Shown here: piece by piece, positions 54,560 to 64,000 of the stretch
How positions within the stretch are numbered: the first letter of the stretch is position 1
How the letters are laid out: every line of letters begins with the position of its first letter
Assembly: GCA_051294375.1 (NCBI GenBank)
Contig: JBJCIZ010000028.1
Span: forward strand, 1,839,053-1,903,052
Source of the DNA: Paraspadella gotoi
Lineage: Eukaryota > Animalia > Chaetognatha
Reading direction: 5' to 3'
DNA length: 64,000 nucleotides
Translations under genes and position numbers: made by a program
The notes under the pieces: model-generated
Seen by the model: only the letters and a program-made list of their open reading frames with translations
What the model was told of the DNA's origin: nothing
Database searches by the model: none

Positions 54560-56142
54560 CAACGAAGGAAGAAGGCATTATGTAGTGGGGACGACTCAAG
54601 AACAAAAAATTTATTTGAATGATCGAACAAGGATATTTAGATGTGAGATAGTATGATTATTAGTACAAAAATATTTTTGATCATATTTTTTCGGGAATCA
54701 AAGATATAAAACATGTTATCAAAATTTATCATCTTCGGCATTTAAAACATTTTTGTGATCCAAACATTAAAACATTTTTTGTGATTCAAACCACCAAAGC
54801 CTGTTCAAAGTCAGGGGCAAGATAGCTTATTTATTAAATGTAATGGATAATTTTTATATTGGTTGTACCAATTTCATTAAAATATCATAAAACATATTTT
54901 ATAAAAGTTTCTTAGTTTTTTTTCGGCGAATCCAAATCTGTTCTTAAAAATAAAAGAAATAATTTTGAAATTTAATGATTTTTATAAGGATATCACTACA
55001 TAAATAATTGAATTTCCTATACTAAAAAGATTTTTAAAAGGATTTAAAATTCATTAATTACATGTCCATAAGCAGCAAAAAAATAATGTTCAATTACTCA
55101 ATCTTTTATCACTCCACCCTAGTAGGCATGGTTCATTATGGGAGAAATAAGAGGAGTTTTATTGACATAAGAACACGTTGGGATGATGATAATTAACATA
55201 CAAAATATGTAGATTATGCAAAGAAAGGTAGGCAATAAACAATATAACGAATAGTTTGATGTTAGTTTCATGAAGGTAAGTTGAAGAGTGATATCGTTTC
55301 TTCTCTCGTTTCTCTGCCTATAAGCCTATAAGCATTAGGGTGAAGTGAAAGTTTGCGAATCAAAATTTAGCAGTTATATCTTGAAAACTATCATATTAGT
55401 GAATACTAATCTGTAGTTATTTTTCTTTTTTTATAAATATAGTAGCCCAGTCAGCTTATTTTGTATATAGTACTACCCTTATATATTGTCAAAATTTTAA
55501 ATGGTTTTTTTTTAATTCTGAGAACAGATTCAGATTCCTCGTTAAAAGTTAATATAAGAAAGTATAAATCTTTTTCAAAAATTATGTCATTAAGTAGGTT
55601 AGAATTACAAAAAACTATATTTTTAAGCTGGAAATTCAAAATCGGCGTCTTAAAATATAGTTTTTTATATTTTTTGACTAACCTTAATAAAAATAATTTT
55701 TAAAAAGAATGTACTTTCTTATAATAACTTTTGCAAGGAATCCAAATCCGATCTTAAAATTTAAATAATTTGCATTTTGAAATTTTTAGTCCTATTATAT
55801 ACTTATTACTCATATATAAATATAGCTCACTGGTGCCCACTAATGTATTAAAAAATAAAAATAAATTTACCAAAATATTTTTATTGGTTTTTAAGTTCAT
55901 TTTATATGCTAAATTTTAATTTTTCTAGAAATTTTATCATTTTCACATCACTCTAATAAGCATGATACCTTCACGGGAACCGATGGCTCATTNNNNNNNN
56001 NNNNNNNNNNNNNNNNNTACTATCCATATCTTACGTTCCTCTTCGGCAGCAACGGAACGAGTCCTCATTTCACAATAGTAATCGGCAGTTTTCCTCAATG
56101 CCAGCTTTTTAGCAGAGNNNNNNNNNNNNNNNNNNNNNNNNN

Positions 56143-56933
56143 TCGATCGCATTCTGTCCAATTTTCAAACGAAGTCGATTTTCCTCTCCTAAAAAAAAGC
56201 GAAAGTGACGACGGACGCGAGAGCACGGACCGACGAGCGGGAACTGAGAGATCGACTGACGGACGGAGAACGAACCGACGCCGACTGGAGAGACTGACCT
56301 GCAACTGGAGTCTGGCTAATTTATGAAAATATAAAAGAAATTATGAAATATTTGTTAATAATAAGTATAGTAATTGAATTCTCAGCAAACGAAACGAAGC
56401 CAACGACAGACAACGAGGAAAACAAAAGATTCTCTCTCTTCTCTCTCTTCTCTCTCTCTCTTCTTCTCTCTTCTCTCTCTCTCTCTTCTCTCTCTCTCTC
56501 TGTCCTCTCTCTCTCTTGTCCGTTTGTCTTTAAGTGTTATCGATTTGACGGAAATTTATAAGTGTCGTTCGTTAATGTGATACAGAAATTTTTGACGATT
56601 TGCGTACTAGTACATACTGTACGCCGTACAGATGAAATCAGAGATTAATTCGTAATACTCTTTCCATAGCGATCGTCGTCGTCGTACTCATCTTGTTTTT
56701 CATTCTTCCAACTTCATGCCGACAAGTAATTATTTCTTGAATAGTTAAAACACAATAACTAATAACAAACAAAAACAAACTTTACACGTTGAAACATCTT
56801 AAGATGGAAGCTGACTTTTGAATTGTCAAGGTATCTGAATATTTTATTATTGAAAATTCCCTAAGACTTGGTTAATTAATGAAAGTTAAAGCTGAACATG
56901 AAAATCTTCTCTCTCTCTCTCTCTCTCGTCTCT

Positions 56934-56974
<41 letters not shown>

Positions 56975-59900
56975 TCTCTCTAACAGCAAGATATTTACCG
57001 CTGACTTCATCGTCGTTGTCTTGTCGTCGTCGTTCGTGCCTGTCGTCGTCATCCTCTGCCAAAAAATCGTCCACTTCAACTTTGTTTACGGTTTTAGTTG
57101 TTTACAAATTTTCCGGAGACAAAATCTGCTAAAAAGAAAATGAAATAAGAGATTTTCAGTTTGTTATTTTTAAAATTTATAGCGATTAATAAAAAATCGA
57201 GGGATGTTATAAAGTTTCTTATCCGGTTAACGAACCGAAACGGGATTCGTAAAAAAAAACGGCTGCGAACGATTCGTTTTTTTAACGAAATTTCTATCAT
57301 TACAATAAAATTGTACAATTATTTCTCTTTTAACTATGATCTGTTGTACAAATAATTTAGGCTAAACAATAAAATCTCCACGAGATAAGCAAATGTCCAC
57401 AGTTGGACTTTTCCTCCTTCACATCCTAACATTCGTCCAACAGTTATTTTATTTTTAACTTCTGCCAATCTGCCGATGGAATGAAAAAAAAAGCGGCATT
57501 CGGGATGTGTCGCCAAATAATTTGCTGGCCATTTTCGACGCCACACGACGAGACAATGATAGCGTTATAGTAATTATACGACTTTTAAATCATGTCATAT
57601 ATTTCGACGCTCCCTATGTATAGAAACCTGCTCCGGTATTAGCGTTTTAAAAAAGGTGGCAAAATTTTGATTGCGAAAGAAAAGACGGCACTTTCAACGC
57701 GCCGTGAATGACGGGCAGATTTTGCCAAAAAACGATGGCATCGCCCGAGCGTTAGAAATGCGGCGTCACCTGGCAAAAAAAAAGCGGCGTCCCCCTGCGT
57801 TCAAAATCCGGCCGCCACTCGGCCTAAATCTTCGGCGTAATTAAACTTTCTCTGTCAACGTTTATGTTTCCTTGACGGCGCTGAGCGTCAAAGGGCCTCG
57901 GGTAAGCAAAGCATTGATAGGGAAAGTTGTAACTAAGATTTGCTTGGTAGGACATAATGATCTATTCGCATGAGGAGAAAAAAATTACTGATAGAATAAT
58001 TTGAACGGTAAAGATAAGCTGATTCGGTTTGTAGACGAGTAATATAAATATTTCTCGATAACCGAAATAATGCAACAAAAGATAACAAACTACAAATTGG
58101 CTATTTACATACATAAGATTGAAACATTCTTGAAATTATAATACCCATTTTCATTGATATGAAAGCCAAATATCTCTGGAGTGAAATAAACCGACCGTGA
58201 GAGTGCCGGCTATGTCATTATCTTGTAAGAGTGATGGAGTCCTTTACCCAATCGATTCTTTAATTTAAAATATTATACATCATCGCGCCATTTTAAAATG
58301 TTTTTTTGATCTTCATCATCGAATCGAAATAGTAATAAAAAGATGACGTAAAAGAATTTTTTGTTTTGATGTGAATCGATTTTGGTAAAACAATTTTTTA
58401 CGAAAACAATTTTAGAAGAGAAGTGGTTTTTTTTTATTTTGAAAGCGCATAGAAATGAATGAAGGACTATGATGAATAAATGATTGAAAAATGAATGAAG
58501 CCTGCGGTTTCTGCCGGATCTCTTTGCCGTTCTGCCGGACCTTTATGCCGACGAAACTCGATATCTTCAGCACTCGACTTTTTGCTCGTCTGCTCTCTCA
58601 AATTATTTCTGGCGCGGAGTTGGTTGAGAGAAGAGAGAGAGAGAGAAGAAGAAGAGAGAGAGAGAGAGAGGAGAGAAAGAGAAGAATCGAGGAGAGAGAC
58701 AGAAGAGAGAAGAGAGGAGAATGACGTGAGTAAAAAAGTCCGTGTTCGGGAAATTAAGAGGCTAGAGGAAAAAAAAAATTTAGTTTTTATGGAACTGGGG
58801 AGGAGGAAGATGAAAGAGAGAAAGAGAGAGAGAAGGAGAAGAGAGAGAGGCTGTCTGGTAATGAAGGAGAGAGACGCTGTTTAACAAATCGTTGTTCTGT
58901 GTGGAATTTAACAAACTTGCTCTGTATTCCAATGAGCGCCCAATTCTGTTTACTTTTACTCCGGAATTTGATTTTAAACCTTAATTTTTAAATCGAAATA
59001 TGAGCTTTACTTTGAAACTTATTCCTTAGCCTATCATAATTCTTAAAACACTAAACCCTAATTGACTAACCTAATCCCGTACCTTAATCGCTAACCTGAT
59101 CCCTATCCTGATTGCTTAACCGATCCTATCCTTTAATCGCTATCCTGATCCCTATCCCTAATCGCTAACCTTATCCCTCATCATTAATTGCTAACCTGGA
59201 TTGACCTTATTCTTTAATCGCTAACCTAATCCCTATCTTTAATCGCTGACCCGATCCTCTATTCCTTAATCGCTAACCCGATCCTATGCTTAATCCTTAA
59301 CCTATCACTAATCTCTAACTCAGAAAAATTCCCAGACTACCAGCTTTATTAAATAAATGTTCAATTGTATAAAAAGCTCCGCTCTCTTAAGTATTAATAG
59401 GAAATACTATTATTTGTACTTTCTCCGCACTAGCGTCAGAAATACAAGGAGTATACTATATTTTTCTCCCTCTCTTTCTCTCTCTCCCTCCTCTCTCTCT
59501 CTGCTATTGCCTCCCTCCCGTCTCTCTGCTTCCTCTCACACATCTCTCTCCCTTGCCTCTCCGCCCTCTCTTTCTCTCCTCTCCCCCTCCCTCTCTCGCC
59601 TCCATCCCTCTCTCCCACCCTCCTCCCCTCAGCTTCAACATCCACATCTCCCACCCCCTCATCCTCCGTCCTTCTTCCTCCTCCTCCTCCTCCTCTCCTT
59701 TCGTCCTGCGTCCAATCGGGATTCGCGTCGCCGTATCGCGCCAGAGCGGCGGAGACAGCTGCATGGCGGACACGCAAAGCTGCTGGGTCGGGGCGCCGTA
59801 TCGAACGGAGTGAGCTTTTTGCGAGATTATATAGTCTAAAAATATATAAAAATAATTAATGTTAATGTCATTAATAAAAGAAATGAATAGATTAAATGCT

Positions 59901-60960
59901 GATGAATCAATCACGGTGTCTAGCTTCAGTTTAATAATCGGTTATACATAGATGCACTTAGATTGAATACGATTTAAACTTAGAACCTGTGTTTGATCAT
60001 CATATTTAATATTCATTTCTTTATTAATGACATTAATATTAAATCATATTTGTTTACTATTTTTTCAATACCGATTATGCTTCCTTACTTATGTTCTTGA
60101 CGTTGATTTACATTTTATATTAATGAATTAACATTAATTATTTTTATTATTATTTTAAACCGCATTATGTTCTACTTACTGTTCTTGGCTTATTATTTGA
60201 GTCATGGAAAATGTGAAGTAATTCCGTTTGAACAGTTTATGATAGTGATATTTTAACATAATTATTATTTTGATAAAAAAAATTTTTGTTTCGGAAGGCA
60301 AAAGTATCAGTTTATTACCATAAACCTAACCTATAGTAGGGCGTGAAGAGAAGTTATAATTAGTATGATTAGTGAACAGAACCGTATAAACCTAGCAGTC
60401 CTGATCCTTCGCTCCAGTGTAACACCGTTAGAGTATTAACATCAGCAGATATATACTATATATTACTCACTACTTTACAGCCTAACTTAACCCAAAAACT
60501 TAACCCAAATCACACAAAATCTCAGCTCAATCCCCGCTATCCGGATAAAAAAAAGCTAAGTCTATCATCAAAAATTTCTAAGATAGATAATTTATGACGG
60601 AAACGCTGGCAAAAAAAGTGTGCCTCTAATTTGAACAATTATAATCTGATGACAAAAAAACTATTTGACCAGTTGACTACGCATATTACAGTCCTGGGGG
60701 GAGGCCAAAATTTCTACTTATCTTGTGCTCTACGACAAATAGTTAACTAAGATGCAAATTAGTTTTAATTTAATATATTATGTAACAAAGGTAGCGCTAA
60801 TGGCTAAGTACTATCGTCTTTAAACTCTCAGTATGGAAGGTCAGGCTTGAACCAGGCTGAGGTTTCCAACCCCAAGCGCTTAGCGCTACGATTCGCATTG
60901 TAATTTGTACGGGTATTACTGAACGGAACCAGTGGTCAGAGCGTGGTTTAATCAATAGCC
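56143..60960 (+). repeat. Error-rich direct duplicate of ~49700-54390, including integrin exons at 57708-57901 and 59633-59809
   Basis: Colinear throughout, with many 1-2-nt indels that increase rightward. It starts right after a 25-N gap and is probably a redundant raw-read fill. Confidence 0.9.
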
Positions 60961-61849
60961 TAAAGTTCCGCTAGTATCATCTTACAGAGTACTGTGAAAA
61001 CTGTAAAATTTTAAATAAAATTCATATAAACATGACTTTAAAACGTAATAAAATTTGGTAAATTTTTTATTATACTTGAGTGCATGACCTAATTTAAATT
61101 ATAAAAGATTAATAGCTAAACAAAAGATTTTTAAACTAGAGATCGGTTCTCGATTCTCTTGATATTTATAGAAGTACTTCTTTTAAGAGAATTTTTATTA
61201 TTATCCAAATATAACAAACTATATTGATAAGAACCGTTTATATAATCGTCGTACCTTAAATATTCATATTTTTTTATAGTTTTTGGTTAAAGGTGAATTT
61301 TTTAATAATCTCTACCCTAAATACAAATTTATTGAAAAAGGATTTATCTTCTTAATTATTTAAGAAGAATCTGAACGTCTCAGAATTATAAAACCTTTTA
61401 CGATATTTTTAACATATATTAAGGTAGATATATACAAGAATAACTACTGGGTATAATTATAAAAAGAAACTAACAGAGTATTAACTAATCAAACGTATGT
61501 TACTTTTTACCGTTATTGGTCCTAAAATTAGTAACGGTGCATTATAAAAGGCGTTCTTGAGATTGGGCCAATCTATATCTGGAACAAGTGATCTGAGTCT
61601 TAATCAGCTTGAATGCTTATAGGCAGAACAGTCTGAGGAGAACGATGAAACATCTCATCCATCTTGTCGCGACGACATGGTACGCGCGAAACGTTTAATT
61701 ATATGTTACATGATGGCTAAGGGGCTGAAGAGTACTATGCAACTCTTACGTGCCTATGAACGGTCAGCTTCCCAGGCTTGAGGGTTTTCCCAGCAGCGTC
61801 CTGTACGATTCCAGGTGGTAGCTGAGCTACGCCATGTTAATACTCTTTC

Positions 61850-62722
61850 ACGAGGAGAGTTATTCATACCTCATGAACTTAACATCACTTTCGTGTATAT
61901 GTTAGTACATCTTTAATCTACATATTGTATGTAATTCATTCATCCCAAGTGTTCTTATGTCAATAAAACTCCTCTTATTTCTCCCATAATGAACCCATGC
62001 CTACTAGGGTGGAGTGATAAAAAGATTGAGTAATTGAACATTATTTTTTTGCTGCTTATGGACATGTAATTAATGAATTTTAAAATCCTTTTAAAAATCT
62101 TTTTTAGTATAGAAATTCAATTATTTATGTAGTGATATCCTTATAAAATCATTAAATTTCAAAATTATTTCTTTTATTTTTAAGAACAGATTTGGATTCG
62201 CCGAAAAAAAACTAAGAAACTTTTATAAAATATGTTTTATGATATTTTAATGAAATTGGTACAACCAATATAAAAATTATCCATCATTTAATAATAAGCT
62301 ATCTTGCCCCTGACTTTGAACAGGCTTGGTGGTTTGAATCACAAAAAATGTTTTAATGTTTGGATCACAAAAAATGTTTTAAATGCCGAAGATGATAAAT
62401 TTTGATAACATGTTTATATCTTTGATTCCCGAGAAAATATGATCAAAATTAACTTTTTTTGTACTAGGTTAATTACATACAATATCCTTGTTTCGATCAT
62501 TCAAATAAATTTTTTGTTCTTGAGTGCTCCACTCTAATGCCTTCTTCCTTCGTTGTGGTGGCAGTGGTAGGAATGGAACCCACACCTCCAGAGAGTAAAA
62601 CCATGCCTACTTCCTTCGTGCTATTTACGAATTGATTTTTAATTTCATTTCTGCGATAAGTGGTACCTAAATGCGGCTAAAGATTACATCCATATCTTAC
62701 GTTTCTCTCTTCCGCAGCAACG
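61850..62722 (-). repeat. Inverted duplicate of ~54395-55290
   Basis: For example 61960-62440 = rc 54680-55165. Includes the inverted tRNA-Leu fragment and its TSD at ~62537-62620. Confidence 0.85.
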
Positions 62723-62850
62723 AAGAAGTCCTCAGTTTGAACTTAATATTTCCAATAGAATCGGCAGTTCTCCTCAATGCCAGCTTGTTTTCAAGACAGC
62801 ACCGCTAGCATATGCCTTAGGATTTAAACCAACTATGGTTGAACCAAAAA

Positions 62851-63070
62851 AATCCACCAACCGTCATCAGCGGCCATTTTGGTGCCGGAGGCAAGCATTC
62901 GCCTCCCAACCCAAAGGTCCAGGGGTTCTAGCCCGGGGTCGGCGCAGCAGTTATAGAGGGACGGGCGCTTAACCCGCCTGTAACACGGTGTTACAGCCTG
63001 ATCCGAAGGTCAGGGATTGCTTGTATAGAATGGTTCTGTCACTTACACATAACAATAATTACTGTCTCTT
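62851..63070 (+). mobile_element. tRNA-derived SINE, full-length copy
   Basis: Colinear with the reverse complement of 10449-10672, including the A/B-box-like motifs and hairpins. Confidence 0.8.
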
Positions 63071-63385
63071 TACCAAGTTAGAAATGGGGGCGAGCTACTG
63101 TTTTCTCTCTCTTTTATTTAAATACATACTCTCCACTTAGACGGTGCCCCGTTTCTTGTGATAGTGATAGTAATTGATAAACATATCTCTGATTACTAGC
63201 AAGCACTGCCAATGAAATAGCTTATTCTATATCATCCATAATTTTACATTATTCATTGCTAACTAAACTTTTTTGGAACAAAAAAATACACCAAATTAAT
63301 AATATTGAGTTATTGAAATTATATTTATTATTATCCATTCAAGATAGGTTTTAACGCATCAATATGAATATAATAATCCTTTTTT

Positions 63386-63667
63386 GGCGCTATTTTTCGA
63401 CAGCGCCCAATTTCAGTTTCTAATCCCTGAATTGGATTTTAACCAAAATATTTAACTCTATCTTCTTATTAAATACTTAACCCAATCTCTAAACCTTTAA
63501 CCAAATTCCTTAATCTTTATCCTTAAATCTTATTCCTTAGCTTAATCCCAAACCAAATACATAAACTAACCCTACCTCTTTTTCTTCTCCAACCCTTAAC
63601 CTAAAAAATGACTTCAGCTCCGAATTTAAACTGATACAAGATGTTTTTTTGAAAAAAAATATGGCCA
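63386..63667. mobile_element. Diverged CGG-family MITE
   Basis: ggcgctatttttcgacagcgccc ... internal aaccc/taacc repeats ... gaaaaaaaatatggcc. Confidence 0.5.
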
Positions 63668-63699
63668 GTTTTTTTTTGTTTTTTGTTTTGAAATTCCAA

Positions 63700-64000
63700 T
63701 CAGATATTATCTTTATCCCGGTAAATCGCCATCATGATCTCTGAAACGTGGAATTTCTGAATAGGGAGAGTGCATTTGTCATTTCAATTCCGCCTTCAAC
63801 GATGATCCCGTTGAAGACATTTGTTCCATAGCAATCATTGTACCACCAGCCCATCATATCCTTGGCGCAATTTTTATCCTTGTTTTTATCGTAATCCTGT
63901 CGGCGGTAGTGAAGCGCATGTCATTTTCAAATCCTAAAATGTTGCAAGGTTGGTCAGAGTGGAAATTGTGGTGTGGCCGGGCTTTGTGGAACGACCATTG
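63700..64000 (-). CDS. Fibrinogen-related domain (FReD) protein, C-terminal part; continues beyond the window
   Basis: Minus strand reads ..NILGFENDMRFTTADR/DYDKNKDKNCAKDMMGWWYNDCYGTNVFNG..GIE../SEIMMAIYRDKDNI*, matching the FReD pattern NGM.FST.D.D.D...NCA....GWWY..C...N.NG. Two frameshifts. Confidence 0.88.

Noticed and set aside
57708-59809. Second functional integrin alpha paralog
   Set aside because: It is colinear with the first copy, including introns and TEs, and differs mainly by random 1-2-nt indels next to a 25-N gap. It is probably assembly redundancy.

Overview
AT-rich, microsatellite-rich (AG)n genomic DNA from an invertebrate animal. An integrin alpha, a fibrinogen-related domain and a NACHT/NLR gene show it is metazoan. 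The CpG-rich exons and AT-rich introns look sponge-like, but the taxon cannot be proven from this window. The assembly is rough: six gaps are exactly 25 N, many segments carry long-read-type indels, and several kb-scale direct and inverted duplicates look like alternative haplotypes or redundant gap fills (17.7-18.8k ~ 31.3-32.4k; 41.5-44.2k ~ rc 45.3-49.3k; 49.7-54.4k ~ 56.1-61.0k; 54.4-55.3k ~ rc 61.85-62.7k). Frameshifts may therefore be errors rather than pseudogenisation. Host genes: a NACHT NTPase with no evident intron (3.6-5.2k, +), a 4-exon Kelch-repeat gene (11.1-14.9k, +), a low-complexity minus-strand gene (16.0-17.1k), a probable mucin-like transmembrane gene containing a 21-bp coding array (32.6-37.7k, -), exons 1-2 of an integrin alpha (51.2-53.2k, +, duplicated) and the 3' end of a FReD gene (63.7-64.0k, -). 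Mobile DNA: a Naiad-type Penelope-like retroelement, a tRNA-derived SINE family, HINE/DINE-like elements, fold-back MITEs, a CGG-terminal MITE family and a CACTA-like element. Most notable: (1) a possibly >=12-kb TG-terminated insertion with an empty-site copy nearby, carrying decayed unrecognised ORFs with weak SET-, PHD- and Zn-finger-like motifs and no visible transposase or RT; (2) a MITE that coincides almost exactly with an in-frame intron; (3) a ~280-nt structured-RNA family with G-U-rich stems and a compensatory change; (4) a retroposed mature tRNA-Leu 3' fragment with CCA and a 19-bp TSD; (5) an NLR with a possible amyloid-like N-terminal motif.
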